64,000 nt of DNA from Clostridia bacterium (GCA_017505525.1 JAFVPB010000002.1:13100-77099), one strand, 5' to 3'. Counted from the first letter of the stretch, positions 20,456 to 31,186 are shown. A program made the numbers and translations. The notes: generated by a model not told the origin, from the letters alone.

Positions 20456-22645
20456 ATGGAAAATTTTGAAACTATTGAAGGCGAAATCTACGAAATAATT
20501 TTTCATAATGAAGAAAACGGCTACACTGTGTGTGAGGTATCGGTAAATAATTCTCTTATCACAGTATGCGGGCATATGCCATTTATCGCCCCGGGAGAGG
20601 GCGTGCGTATAAATGGCAAATGGATTAATCATCCCGAATACGGCGAGCAGTTTTCCGCCGTTTTTGTAGAACGTATGCTCCCCAAACGTGAGGGGGCAAT
20701 TTTGGCATACCTTTCTTCAGGAATTCTTACGGGGGTGCGCGAATCAACCGCGAAAAAAATTGTTGCAAAATTTGGCGAAGATGCACTCGATATTATTGCT
20801 ACCTCACCCGAAAGATTAAGCGAAATAAAAGGTATAACTCTTAGTCGTGCACAAAAAATATCAGAAGCCTTTTTAATAAAGCAGGAAGCAACTCAAACTG
20901 TAATGTTTCTGCAGGAATTCGGCGTTACACCGAATATCAGCCTGAAGGTGCACCGCCAGCTCGGGCAGAATGCTATCGAGCTTATTCGCGAAAACCCATA
21001 TATTCTTTGCGACAGGGTCGAGCGCATCGGTTTTATCACTGCCGACAGGATTGCAAAATCAATGAATATTGCGCCCAATCATCCCGGGCGAATTGCAAGC
21101 GGAATAAAATATGCACTGATGCAGGCTTCCCTTTCGGGACACACCTGCCTTGAATACAATCAGCTGGCAGACTACTGCATTTCGTTTTTGAATTGCACTA
21201 TGGAAGAGCTTACTGCTTCTTTTGTAACGCTTAAGGGAAAAAACGAACTTATTTTTGAAGAGAATATGGTATTTCTGCCGATTTACTACAATGCCGAGCT
21301 TACGGTTGCCTCGAGAATTTCGCTTCTTCAAAATCAGAAAATTGCAACTCCGCACATTGATGAAAATATCGACATATTCTCGGAAAAGCATAATATAAAG
21401 CTTTCACCTATGCAACGCGCCGCTGTTAAAATGGCAAATGAGAACGGTATACTTATAATTACAGGCGGCCCCGGAACGGGAAAAACCACCATAATGAAAA
21501 TTATTATGGAGATATTTAAAAAAGAGGAATTAAAGGTTGAGCTTTGTGCCCCAACAGGCAAAGCTGCAAAGCGCCTCAGTGATTCGTGCCGTGTGGAAGC
21601 GCGCACGCTCCACCGCCTTTTAGAGGTTAATCCCGCATCAACAGACGAGGTTCGTCAGTTTGTGAAAAACGAGCAAAATCCCCTTGATGCCGACGTTGTT
21701 ATAGTAGACGAAATGAGCATGGTTGATATTTTGCTTTTCTCTTCGCTTTTAAAAGCACTTAAACGAGGTGCAAGATTAATCCTCGCGGGCGACTCTGATC
21801 AGCTTGCATCTGTTGGTGCAGGAAATGTACTTTGCGATATGCTTGAAAGTGAGGCTGTTAAATCAGTTCGCTTAAACGAGGTTTTCCGTCAGGCGGAAGA
21901 AAGCCGTATCGTTACGAATGCTCACAGAATAAACAGCGGACTTTTACCGCTTGCCAACGATAAAAACACCGACTTTTTCTTTATGAACAGAACAAGCGAG
22001 GGCGCGGTGGAAACAATATGTGAGCTTTGCTCGGGCAGGCTTAATAAAGCATATGGCTTTGATGCTCTTTCCGATATTCAGGTGCTTTCACCTTCAAGAA
22101 AAGGTATAGCGGGCACAGTAAATCTCAATAAAATTCTTCAGTCGACTCTTAATCCCCCTCAAAAAGGAAAGAAAGAGAAAAAATTCGGTGAACGAATTTT
22201 CCGCGTAGGCGACAAGGTTATACAAATAAAAAACAATTACGATATTTTATGGACAAGTATGGATGATTCAACCGACGGATTCGGAATATACAACGGAGAT
22301 ATAGGCGTAATACTCGATATTTCAACAACGAACAAAACGCTTACCATCTGCTTCGACGATTACAAAATTGTTGAATACGATTTTTCAATGGCAGAAGACC
22401 TTGAAATTGCCTACGCCCTCACTGTTCACAAAAGTCAGGGCAGCGAGTGGAACGCAGTTATAATTCCCGTTTGTTCGTTCCCGCCCATGCTTATGACGAG
22501 AAATCTTTTATACACTGCCGTTACGCGCGCTAAAAAATTGGTTATTCTTGTGGGAAGCGAAGCGGCGATTTCAAGAATGGTGGAAAACAATCTTAAAGAG
22601 AAGCGCTATAGTTGTCTTATAAAAAGGTTGCGTGAGCTGATATGA
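20456..22645 (+). CDS. recD2: RecD2-like SF1B ATP-dependent DNA helicase
   Basis: 729 aa. Walker A GGPGTGKTT, helicase motifs, and C-terminal SH3-like domain (HKSQGSEW). RBS GAGGAA. Confidence 0.9.
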   Translation: MENFETIEGEIYEIIFHNEENGYTVCEVSVNNSLITVCGHMPFIAPGEGVRINGKWINHPEYGEQFSAVFVERMLPKREGAILAYLSSGILTGVRESTAKKIVAKFGEDALDIIATSPERLSEIKGITLSRAQKISEAFLIKQEATQTVMFLQEFGVTPNISLKVHRQLGQNAIELIRENPYILCDRVERIGFITADRIAKSMNIAPNHPGRIASGIKYALMQASLSGHTCLEYNQLADYCISFLNCTMEELTASFVTLKGKNELIFEENMVFLPIYYNAELTVASRISLLQNQKIATPHIDENIDIFSEKHNIKLSPMQRAAVKMANENGILIITGGPGTGKTTIMKIIMEIFKKEELKVELCAPTGKAAKRLSDSCRVEARTLHRLLEVNPASTDEVRQFVKNEQNPLDADVVIVDEMSMVDILLFSSLLKALKRGARLILAGDSDQLASVGAGNVLCDMLESEAVKSVRLNEVFRQAEESRIVTNAHRINSGLLPLANDKNTDFFFMNRTSEGAVETICELCSGRLNKAYGFDALSDIQVLSPSRKGIAGTVNLNKILQSTLNPPQKGKKEKKFGERIFRVGDKVIQIKNNYDILWTSMDDSTDGFGIYNGDIGVILDISTTNKTLTICFDDYKIVEYDFSMAEDLEIAYALTVHKSQGSEWNAVIIPVCSFPPMLMTRNLLYTAVTRAKKLVILVGSEAAISRMVENNLKEKRYSCLIKRLRELI

Positions 22646-23364
22646 AAAACAAGCTTTTAAATTTTTTATTTCCGCCACGCTGCCCGTTTTGCAGATGTAT
22701 ATTAAAAGATGCTCTTCCCGTTTGCCGCGATTGTCTTTCAGACCTCCCCTACGTTTCGGGGAAAACATGTGATATATGCGGAGCTTCAATCCCTGAATAT
22801 TCACACCACATTTGTGCCGATTGCAAAATAATAAGAAAGAATTTCACGCATTCCTTTGTGCCTCTCAGGTATGCCGATAATGTGCAAAAGGCAATAGTGC
22901 ATTTAAAGTATTACAGTCATCCATCTTATTCAAAGGGGTTCGCCTTTTTAATGGCAGATAAAATACTTAGCGATGGCGAAAACGATGTGAATTTCGATTA
23001 TATTACATATGTACCTCAGAACTCACTAACATTTTTAAGGCGTGGCTACAATCAGTCTGAGCTTATTGCAAAGCATCTTTCAGAATTACTTAAGGTTGAG
23101 TGCATCCCCACGCTTATAAGAACAAACGCAGGGAAAAGGCAAGCTACCCTTTCTAAAAAGCTCCGCCTTGAAAACGTAAAAAAGTGCTATTTTAAAACTG
23201 ATTTTAAGCTTTCGGGAAATGTGCTTCTTGTAGACGATGTTTACACAACGGGGGCAACTTCAAACTACTGTGCAAAGCTTCTTAAACAGATGGGCGCAAA
23301 AAAGGTTTATCTTGCAATCAGCGCCATCAGATGTGAGGATATTTATGAAAACGAAAATTTTTGA
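22642..23364 (+). CDS. comFC: ComF family protein (ComFC, phosphoribosyltransferase domain)
   Basis: 240 aa. N-terminal Cys4 Zn ribbon (CPFC...CRDC). PRTase motif LLVDDVYTTGAT. Overlaps the recD2 stop (ATGA). Confidence 0.8.
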   Translation: MKNKLLNFLFPPRCPFCRCILKDALPVCRDCLSDLPYVSGKTCDICGASIPEYSHHICADCKIIRKNFTHSFVPLRYADNVQKAIVHLKYYSHPSYSKGFAFLMADKILSDGENDVNFDYITYVPQNSLTFLRRGYNQSELIAKHLSELLKVECIPTLIRTNAGKRQATLSKKLRLENVKKCYFKTDFKLSGNVLLVDDVYTTGATSNYCAKLLKQMGAKKVYLAISAIRCEDIYENENF

Positions 23365-24112
23365 TTACATTCATTCATTGGGAATAGAAAAATGCGGTGT
23401 GGCACCCTACGGAGAAAAATTTGCCGTTGTGTGCCTTTTTCCGTATTTTAGTGGCTACAGAGAGGGAAACCTTTCCGTTTATACCTACAGCCGCGACTAC
23501 CACCTGATTGCAGGCGAAAAACTGGGGAAAATATCTGATTATATAAAAAGCCTTTCACCCGAAGCACATTGTGAATGTTTCTGTGATATAGGCCCCGAAG
23601 TTGACCGAAATCTTGCATATCTTGCGGGGCTTGGTTTTTACGGAGAAAACAAAATGCTTATAAACGATGATTTCGGAAGCTACTTTTTTATAGGCTATGT
23701 GCTGACCACTCTTCCCCTGCCACTTGATGCACCGCTTGAAAAAGAGTGTCTTAAGTGCGGAAAATGCAAAAAAGCTTGCCCTAGCGGTGCGCTTGCAGAT
23801 GGATTTAACATAGAAAAATGCGCCTCACACATAAGCCAGAAAAAAGGAGAACTAACACAGGAAGAAATTGAAGTCCTGAAAAAATCCTCGCTCATTTTCG
23901 GGTGCGATATATGCCAGAGGGTATGCCCTCACAATAATATCACACCACGCCCTATGGCTGAATTTACAGAGGACATAATTTCTTCCCTTTCCAAAAGCGA
24001 TTTGGAGGGGCTTTCAAATAAGGAGTTTATGAATAAATATAAAAACCGCGCTTTTTCATGGCGCGGCAAAAAAGTGCTTGAAAGAAACATAGATATTCTG
24101 GGAAAACCTTGA
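23345..24112 (+). CDS. 4Fe-4S dicluster protein, QueG-like (epoxyqueuosine reductase family, short form)
   Basis: Internal ATG MKTKIFDYIHSLGIEKCGVAPY chosen because the upstream part of the track ORF overlaps comFC. Two CxxCxxC...CP motifs (CLKCGKCKKACP; CDICQRVCPH). Confidence 0.5.
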   Translation: MKTKIFDYIHSLGIEKCGVAPYGEKFAVVCLFPYFSGYREGNLSVYTYSRDYHLIAGEKLGKISDYIKSLSPEAHCECFCDIGPEVDRNLAYLAGLGFYGENKMLINDDFGSYFFIGYVLTTLPLPLDAPLEKECLKCGKCKKACPSGALADGFNIEKCASHISQKKGELTQEEIEVLKKSSLIFGCDICQRVCPHNNITPRPMAEFTEDIISSLSKSDLEGLSNKEFMNKYKNRAFSWRGKKVLERNIDILGKP

Positions 24113-24167
24113 AATTAAATATGAATTGTGCTAAATTAAACATATTAAACAAACGGAGGTTTCACAA

Positions 24168-25449
24168 TATGAAAAAGTTATTATCAATTATGCTTGCGCT
24201 TATCATTGCATTTTCTTTAGCAAGCATCGCATCGGCAGCACAGGAAATTAAAATTATGGTCGGTGGAAAAGATCTTTACACAGATGTCGCTCCCACAATT
24301 ATAGATGGCAGAGTTATGCTTCCCGTAAGAGATGTGTTTGAATCAATTGATGCACGCGTTAGCTACGATAGCGCCACCCGCACCGTTACTGCGGTAAGAA
24401 AAGGCGTAACAGTACAGTTTGTTATTGATAGCAATGCGATGAAAGTTAACGGCGCAGAAAAAGCGATTGATGTTCCTGCAACTATTGTGAATGGCCGCAC
24501 TCTTGTTCCCCTCAGAGCGTGTGCTGAGGCATTTGATTTAGATGTTACATGGAATAAAGACACACGCACTGCAAGAATCAAAAAGCCAGTTTCACTTATC
24601 GTAGAAAGCAGCTCTCCCTTAACTGAGGTTGTACGCACCTACACATATGATGAAAACGGTAATCAAACAGGCTCTTTCGTTAATGGAAATGTCGAGCAGA
24701 CTTTTGAATACACTGAAGACGGAAAACTTTTATATAAAGAAACAAAAGACTCTGTACATACATCATGGGTAAGACAAAATTACGACATTCACGGAAATAG
24801 GATATATTACGAACAGGGGCACGCAAGAAACGAAAATTTCGAGCCGGGATTAATCGGAGAAGTAACAACCTACACATATGATGATAATTCCAACCTTTTA
24901 AGAATTGATACCCCCACAGGCTCTACCACCTTCACATATGATTCTCTTGGAAGAATGCTTACAGAAACTGCGGGCAGCTGGGTTACAACACATACCTACA
25001 CAGGAAACACCGAAACGCAAACAGACCCTTACGGCGGAGTAACTACATACACTTATGATGCTAACGGCAATCTTCTTACTATGGATTCTGATTTTTCAGT
25101 ACAAAGAAACAAGTACGACAGCTACGGCAGACTGATAGAAAGCTACTCTTGTATTCAGGATTTGGAGGAAGAAACAATATACTACACGTATGACGCCAAC
25201 GGAAAACTGGCATCTACGTCAGGCCCCGGCTTCAGCACATCATACACCTATAATGAATACGGTAAAATTCTTACAAAAACCGATGCCGATGGAACATATT
25301 ACTATACCTACGATGCCGATGGAAACCTTATTCAGGAAGAAGACGGCAAGGGTAACTGGAAAAAATATATTAACGATGAAAACGGAAACTGCATTCAGAC
25401 AGAAACTAATTACGGAACTTTAGAAAAATATATCGTTGTTGTAAAATAA
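24168..25449 (+). CDS. secreted YD-repeat protein with two copper-amine-oxidase-N-terminal-like (cell-surface stalk) domains
   Basis: ATG at 24168 with GGAGG. Signal peptide MKKLLSIMLALIIAFSLASIASA. Two ~60-aa repeats (GRVMLPVRDVFESIDARVSYD / GRTLVPLRACAEAFDLDVTWN). Then 7 or more YTYDxNGN YD repeats. Only 427 aa, with no C-terminal toxin domain. Confidence 0.7.
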
Positions 25450-25472
25450 GCAAATACAAAAATACGCTGAGT

Positions 25473-25520
25473 CAAAAACAGGGGGGTGTGAAAAAACTAA
25501 GTTTTTTCACACCCCCTTTT
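25473..25520. terminator. bidirectional terminator (GGGGGGTGTGAAAAAACTAAGTTTTTTCACACCCCC)
   Basis: 15-bp perfect inverted repeat. Near-identical in design to the hairpin at 26622-26660. Confidence 0.75.
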
Positions 25521-25567
25521 AATTTTTATGCCTGAATCAGCGCATTCAACACTCTTGCAACCAGTAA

Positions 25568-26518
25568 TTATTTATCACAGCAAGGGTCTTCCTTTTTTAC
25601 TACAGGAGCATCTTTTCCGGGTGCTGTAGTATCGCCAAGTCCTGTTGTTTCTGAAAATACAACGTTTGATTTCGTCATTTCCACAGCATCGGTAGGAACA
25701 ATGATTTTCGCTGCCTTACCATCAGACATTGCAACCAATGCCTCGTATTTCTTTAACTCAAGCACTGCCTGGTCTGCACCTGCTTCTTTAAGAGCTGCAA
25801 GTCCGTCTGCTTCAGCTTTTTTCTTAAGGAAAATCGCCTTTGCTTCACCTTCAGCGCGGGCAATTCTTGCATCTCTTTCACCTTCTGCCGCAAGAATCAT
25901 TGCCTGCTTATCACCTTCAGCGCGTGTAATTGCAGCCGCCTTATGACCTTCTGCCTGAAGAAGCGTTTCACGCCTGTCGCGCTCTGCCTTCATCTGCTTT
26001 TCCATTGATTTCTGAATTTCCTGAGGCGGAATGATGTTTTTAAGCTCCACACGGTTTACCTTAATTCCCCACTTATCAGTTGCCTCATCAAGAATAGTTG
26101 TCATCTTTGCGTTAATTGTATCACGCGATGTTAATGTGCCGTCGAGTTCAAGCTCACCAACAATATTTCTAAGTGTTGTTGCTGCTAAGTTTGCAAGAGC
26201 AGAAATTGGGTTTACAGCACCGTAAGCATAAAGATTAGCATCATACACTGCATAATAGATTACAGTATCTATCTGCATTGTTACGTTATCTTTTGTAATA
26301 ACGGGCTGTGGCGGCGAATCAAGCACCTGCTCTTTTAAGGTTACTCTTTTTACTATTCTTTCAATAAATGGAACCTTAAAATGAATTCCTGCACCCCAAG
26401 TACATTTGTACTTACCAAGAGATTCAATTACAAACTCATTTGCCTGCGGAACTATTTTGATATTTGGGAGCAAAATAAGCACCGCAATCACTACTAAAAA
26501 AACTATAAATCCTGCCAT
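25568..26518 (-). CDS. SPFH/Band-7 (stomatin/flotillin-like) domain membrane protein
   Basis: N-terminal TM, SPFH core, Ala/Glu/Lys-rich coiled coil (AERDRRETLLQAEGHKAAAITRAEGDKQA), C-terminal CCDK. The internal ATG at 26518 has GGAAGGAAG 8 nt upstream. Confidence 0.8.
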   Translation of the reverse strand: MAGFIVFLVVIAVLILLPNIKIVPQANEFVIESLGKYKCTWGAGIHFKVPFIERIVKRVTLKEQVLDSPPQPVITKDNVTMQIDTVIYYAVYDANLYAYGAVNPISALANLAATTLRNIVGELELDGTLTSRDTINAKMTTILDEATDKWGIKVNRVELKNIIPPQEIQKSMEKQMKAERDRRETLLQAEGHKAAAITRAEGDKQAMILAAEGERDARIARAEGEAKAIFLKKKAEADGLAALKEAGADQAVLELKKYEALVAMSDGKAAKIIVPTDAVEMTKSNVVFSETTGLGDTTAPGKDAPVVKKEDPCCDK

Positions 26519-26621
26519 AAAAATCTTCCTTCCTTTTTTTATATTCATTAATAATAATTTTATTAACCAACTCCATTATATATCCTTTTTGCAAGACTTT
26601 CAATACTTCGACTTATTTTTT

Positions 26622-26660
26622 TACACGAAAAGGGGGGCGTGAAAAGCTTAGCTTTCACGC
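26622..26660. terminator. bidirectional terminator (GGGGGCGTGAAAAGCTTAGCTTTCACGCCCCC)
   Basis: Inverted repeat. Paralogous to 25473-25520. Confidence 0.7.
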
Positions 26661-26668
26661 CCCCTATC

Positions 26669-27967
26669 TCACACATTTATCTCTTCAAGTGCTTTTAACG
26701 CAAGTGAAGAAATATATTCATACCGTTCTTTTTTATTTTTTATTTTTACTCTTTCCCACTCGATAATGCCAAAGTTTGCATTCATCGGCTGGAATTTTTT
26801 GTTTTCCCTGTCAGTTATATATTTTATAAGTGCTCCTGTGCAGCACGATGGTGGAAAACTAACGCTTTCTTCCCCTTTTATTTTTCTTGTGGCATTTATT
26901 CCCGCAACCATTCCCGAGGAAGCCGATTCCACATATCCCTCAACACCTGTTATCTGCCCCGCAAAGAAAACCTTGGGATATTCTATCATAGAATAGTCGC
27001 CATTTAAAAGTGCGGGCGAATTAATATAGGTGTTTCGGTGCATTACGCCATAGCGCACAAAATCTGCATTTTCAAGCCCGGGTATCATCGAGAAAACCCT
27101 CTTTTGCTCACCGAATTTAAGATTTGTCTGAAATCCTACAAGGTTATAAAGAGTGCCCTCGGTGTTATCACGGCGGAGCTGAAGCACTGCATAAGGCTCT
27201 TTTCCTGTTTTCGGGTCGGGCAAGCCTTTTGGCTTTAAAGGACCGAAGCAAAGCGTTTCTCTTCCGCGCTGTGCCATTATTTCAACTGGCATACATCCCT
27301 CAAACACTTTTATGTTTTCCACATTTTCGTGAAGAGGAGCGCGCTCGGCACTGATAAGTGCTTCGTAGAACGCATCGTATTCCTCTTTACTCATCGGGCA
27401 GTTTATATAATCGGGCGTACCCTTTCCGTAGCGTGCCGCAAGATATGTGATGCTTTCATTAATGCTCTCGCGCGTAACAACGGGAGCCGCTGCATCGAAG
27501 AAATAAAGCTCGCTCTTTCCTGTAAGGCGCGATATCTCGCCTGAAAGGCATTCATCCGTCAACGGGCCTGTAGCAACTATGGTATATTCATCTGTATCAA
27601 TCCTTGAGACAGGCTCATTTATAAGCTTTATATTTGGATGCGCTTTTATCCTCTCGGTTACAAGATGCGCGAATTTATCGCGGTCAACCGCAAGCGCACC
27701 GCCTGCAGGAACGCTTGTTTCATCAGCGCATTTTATAACTAAGCTATCCATTCGGCGCATTTCTTCTTTTAAAAGTCCACAGGCATTATCAAGGCCGTTA
27801 CCTTTAAGAGAATTCGAGCAGACAAGCTCACATAAATCGCTATTTGAATGTGCAGGGGAAAACTTTACGGGCTTCATTTCGTAAAGGGAAACCTCTATTC
27901 CCCTCTGTGCTGCCTGCCAGGCTGCTTCGCAACCTGCAAGTCCTGCGCCTATAATTTTTAATTTCAT
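26669..27967 (-). CDS. trmFO: methylenetetrahydrofolate--tRNA-(uracil54-C5)-methyltransferase TrmFO (Gid)
   Basis: 432 aa. MKLKIIGAGLAGCEAAWQAA FAD-binding N-terminus. Syntenic with topA and dprA as in Bacillus. Confidence 0.9.
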   Translation of the reverse strand: MKLKIIGAGLAGCEAAWQAAQRGIEVSLYEMKPVKFSPAHSNSDLCELVCSNSLKGNGLDNACGLLKEEMRRMDSLVIKCADETSVPAGGALAVDRDKFAHLVTERIKAHPNIKLINEPVSRIDTDEYTIVATGPLTDECLSGEISRLTGKSELYFFDAAAPVVTRESINESITYLAARYGKGTPDYINCPMSKEEYDAFYEALISAERAPLHENVENIKVFEGCMPVEIMAQRGRETLCFGPLKPKGLPDPKTGKEPYAVLQLRRDNTEGTLYNLVGFQTNLKFGEQKRVFSMIPGLENADFVRYGVMHRNTYINSPALLNGDYSMIEYPKVFFAGQITGVEGYVESASSGMVAGINATRKIKGEESVSFPPSCCTGALIKYITDRENKKFQPMNANFGIIEWERVKIKNKKERYEYISSLALKALEEINV

Positions 27968-30051
27968 TATTTTTTATCCTTTTTATTTGATTCGCATTCG
28001 GGATTTACACACTGAGTTATGCTTCCCTTTTTGATATATTTGCGCGTCATTATGCCACCACACTTGGGGCAAGGCATTTTAACAGGCTCATCCCAAAGAA
28101 GAAAGTCGCACTTTGGAGCATTTTCGCAAGAGAAATATTTCTTTCCCTTCTGACTCTTTCTCACAACAATTCTTGCACCGCATTTGGGGCAAGCCACTCC
28201 GGTATCCTTTAATATGGGTTTTGCATTTCTGCATTCGGGGAAACCGGGGCAAGCGAGGAATTTTCCGAATCTGCCAAGCTTGATTACCATTCTTCTTCCG
28301 CACTTTTCGCAGATTTCATCACTTTCCTCGTCTTTAATTTTAACCTTTTCTATAGATTCCTCTGCCTTTTTAAGAACCTCTTCAAAAGGCTTGTAGAAAT
28401 CGTCTATAACCTTAACCCAAGGCTCTTTTCCCTCTTCAATATCATCAAGACGCTGTTCCATATTAGCAGTGAAATCAATATCTACAATATCGTGGAAATT
28501 CTCTGTCATCAAATCGGTTACAACAATGCCAAGCTCTGTTGGTTTAAGCATTTTCTTTTCACGGCTTACATAATCTCTGCCAAGAATTGTGCTTATTGTT
28601 GGCGCATAGGTGCTTGGACGGCCAATTCCGTTTTCTTCCATAGCTTTGATAAGAGAAGCTTCTGTATATCTTGCGGGAGGCTCGGTAAAGTGCTGAGTAT
28701 CCTCAAGCTTTTCTGCTTTAAGCACCATTCCCTTTTCAATCTTTATAAGTGATTTTGATTCCTTTTCTTCTTCTTCATCGCTGCCCTCAATATACACTGC
28801 ACGATAACCCTTGAATTTTATTGAGTTTGCGCTTGCACGGAATGTTACTGAATTTGCATCGAATTCAGCACTTAGTGTATTATACACTGCATTTTCCATC
28901 TGGCTTGCAATAAATCTTTCCCATACAAGTTTGTAAAGTCTGTATAAATCTCCCGAAAGCGTATCCTTTACCATATCGGGGGTAATATCGGGATTTGTGG
29001 GACGGATTGCTTCGTGCGCATCCTGTGCATTCTTGCCTGTTTTATAGGTTTTGATTTTAGCAGGAACGTAATCTGCGCCAAACATATCACCTATAATTTT
29101 TCTTGCGGCAATACTTGCCTCGGGAGTGATTCTTAATGAATCGGTTCTCATATAAGTGATAAGACCGAGCGAGCCTTTACCCTTAACCTCAACGCCTTCA
29201 TAAAGCTGCTGAGCCGCCGCCATTGTTCTTTTAGATGTAAATCCCATCTTGCGGCTTGCTTCCTGCTGAAGTGTACTCGTTGTAAACGGTGGTGCGGGCG
29301 ACTTTGATTTGTCGCTGTAAACTGCACTTGTTACAACAAAATCGGCATCTTTTATCATCTCGATAATTTTTTTAGTTTCCGCTTCACTTGTAAGCTCTTT
29401 TTTCTTACCTTTTACACCATAGTAACGGGCAGAAAACGGCTTTTTAATTTCCTTTGAAGAAAGCTCTGCCACAAGAGACCAGTATTCCTTTGGTTCAAAA
29501 GCATTGATTTCTCTCTCACGGTCAACAACAAGCTTTGTTGCTGCCGATTGCACTCTGCCTGCGCTAAGCCCCTTTCTAACCTTTTTCCAAAGGAGTGGAC
29601 TTATTTTATAACCAACAATTCTGTCGAGCACTCTGCGCGCCTGCTGAGAATCAACCAAACTTAAATCAATCGGTCGAGCTGCCTTAAGCGATTCCGTAAC
29701 AGCCGTTTTTGTTACTTCGTTAAATGTTATTCTGCATTTTTTATTTATATCTATATCAAGAAGCTGAGCAAGATGCCAGCTTATAGCTTCTCCTTCACGG
29801 TCAGGGTCAGTTGCAAGGAAAACTTTGTCGGCACTTTTTGCAGCTTTCTTAAGTTTTGTTGTAAGATCGCCTTTTCCCCTGATTGTGATATACTTAGGCT
29901 CGTAATTATTTTCTATATCTACACCAAGACTGCTTTTGGGAAGATCGCGCATATGCCCCATAGAAGCAATAACGGTGTAATTTTTTCCAAGATATTTGTT
30001 TATGGTTTTAGCCTTTGCGGGAGACTCAACAATAACAAGATAATTTGCCAC
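27967..30051 (-). CDS. topA: DNA topoisomerase I
   Basis: 694 aa. Toprim VIVESPAKAKTI. Active-site region. Three C-terminal C4 zinc ribbons. GTG start with AGGAGGG RBS. Its stop overlaps the trmFO ATG (TAATG). Confidence 0.95.
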   Translation of the reverse strand: MANYLVIVESPAKAKTINKYLGKNYTVIASMGHMRDLPKSSLGVDIENNYEPKYITIRGKGDLTTKLKKAAKSADKVFLATDPDREGEAISWHLAQLLDIDINKKCRITFNEVTKTAVTESLKAARPIDLSLVDSQQARRVLDRIVGYKISPLLWKKVRKGLSAGRVQSAATKLVVDREREINAFEPKEYWSLVAELSSKEIKKPFSARYYGVKGKKKELTSEAETKKIIEMIKDADFVVTSAVYSDKSKSPAPPFTTSTLQQEASRKMGFTSKRTMAAAQQLYEGVEVKGKGSLGLITYMRTDSLRITPEASIAARKIIGDMFGADYVPAKIKTYKTGKNAQDAHEAIRPTNPDITPDMVKDTLSGDLYRLYKLVWERFIASQMENAVYNTLSAEFDANSVTFRASANSIKFKGYRAVYIEGSDEEEEKESKSLIKIEKGMVLKAEKLEDTQHFTEPPARYTEASLIKAMEENGIGRPSTYAPTISTILGRDYVSREKKMLKPTELGIVVTDLMTENFHDIVDIDFTANMEQRLDDIEEGKEPWVKVIDDFYKPFEEVLKKAEESIEKVKIKDEESDEICEKCGRRMVIKLGRFGKFLACPGFPECRNAKPILKDTGVACPKCGARIVVRKSQKGKKYFSCENAPKCDFLLWDEPVKMPCPKCGGIMTRKYIKKGSITQCVNPECESNKKDKK

Positions 30052-30055
30052 TTAT

Positions 30056-31171
30056 TTACCCTCCTGTTGTAATTTTGTATTTATTATTCATTCCTTTTTT
30101 GATTACGCCCTTTAATTCCAGCATTCCAAGCATTGCCGTAAGGCGCGCTGCATCAAAGGATACCTTTTCTTCAATTTCAATCTGAGTTTGAAAACCGTTT
30201 TCTATAGCACTGACGATTTCTTCTTCAAACTCTGAAAGGAAAGCTCCGCTTTTCTTTTTTGGTTTCTCCTTATTAAAAATAATCGGTTCGGGCTTTCTTT
30301 CTATCTCTGTGATTTCTTCATCTCTTTGAGTGAAGAAATCGGGCTTATGGTTCATTAAATCATCAATTATATCCATACTGCTAACAAGAGGCACAGCGCC
30401 ATCTGTGAGCAGTGCATTTGTTCCCATACTTAAATGGTTATCAATATTTCCCGGCACCGAGAAAACTGTTTTTCCCATATCGAGTGCCATATGTGCAGTT
30501 ATAAGCGAGCCACTTCTTAAGCCTGCCCTTACTACTAAAATGCTTTCGCCCATTGCCGCAATAATTCTGTTTCTCACAGGGAAGTTTCTTCCCTCTGGCG
30601 GTGTGCCGCAGTGAAATTCACTGATTATTGCACCATCTTTTTCAAGTATTTCATTAAAAAGCTTTGTATTGCACTTGGGATATAAAACATCAATACCGCT
30701 ACCAAGCACAGCAATAGTCTTTCCGCGCGCATCAAGTGCTCCTTTATTTGCTGCACCGTCCACACCTTCGGCTCCGCCTGTTACTATACCAATGCCTGTT
30801 TCACTGATTTCACGAGCAAGATTTCTTGCCATTCTTATTCCGTAATCATCACTTTTTCTGGCACCTACAACTCCGCAGTAAAGAGGATGTGTAAGTGCTT
30901 TCACATTCCCTCTTACATATAAAACGGGAGGAGGATTTGTAAGCCTTTTTAACGACTTCGGATAGCATTCGTCGATAAAGGTAACAATCTCGCAGCCTGC
31001 ATTATATGCTTTTTCAAAGCTACGGCTTATTATATCATAAGTTTTATATTTTTCAAGTCCGTTTTCATCAAATAAGTCTTCCGAGGATTTAAGCTCTTCA
31101 TAAAATCTTAAGCTTTTTTTGCCGTTTGCAGCTTTAACTGTCCATATAAAATTTTTATTCAAAGCTATCAC
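30056..31171 (-). CDS. dprA: DNA processing protein DprA (Smf)
   Basis: 371 aa. Rossmann-like GIVTGGAEGVDGAANKGAL. Start is GTG at 31171, or possibly the TTG 3 codons downstream. Confidence 0.85.
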   Translation of the reverse strand: MIALNKNFIWTVKAANGKKSLRFYEELKSSEDLFDENGLEKYKTYDIISRSFEKAYNAGCEIVTFIDECYPKSLKRLTNPPPVLYVRGNVKALTHPLYCGVVGARKSDDYGIRMARNLAREISETGIGIVTGGAEGVDGAANKGALDARGKTIAVLGSGIDVLYPKCNTKLFNEILEKDGAIISEFHCGTPPEGRNFPVRNRIIAAMGESILVVRAGLRSGSLITAHMALDMGKTVFSVPGNIDNHLSMGTNALLTDGAVPLVSSMDIIDDLMNHKPDFFTQRDEEITEIERKPEPIIFNKEKPKKKSGAFLSEFEEEIVSAIENGFQTQIEIEEKVSFDAARLTAMLGMLELKGVIKKGMNNKYKITTGG

Positions 31172-31186
31172 CTCTTTAACCTTCGG

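Noticed and set aside
23237-23344. N-terminal 36 codons of the 291-aa track ORF (TTG/GTG-initiated) ahead of the QueG-like gene
   Set aside because: That stretch is the 3' end of comFC read in another frame. The ATG at 23345 with a canonical N-terminus is preferred.
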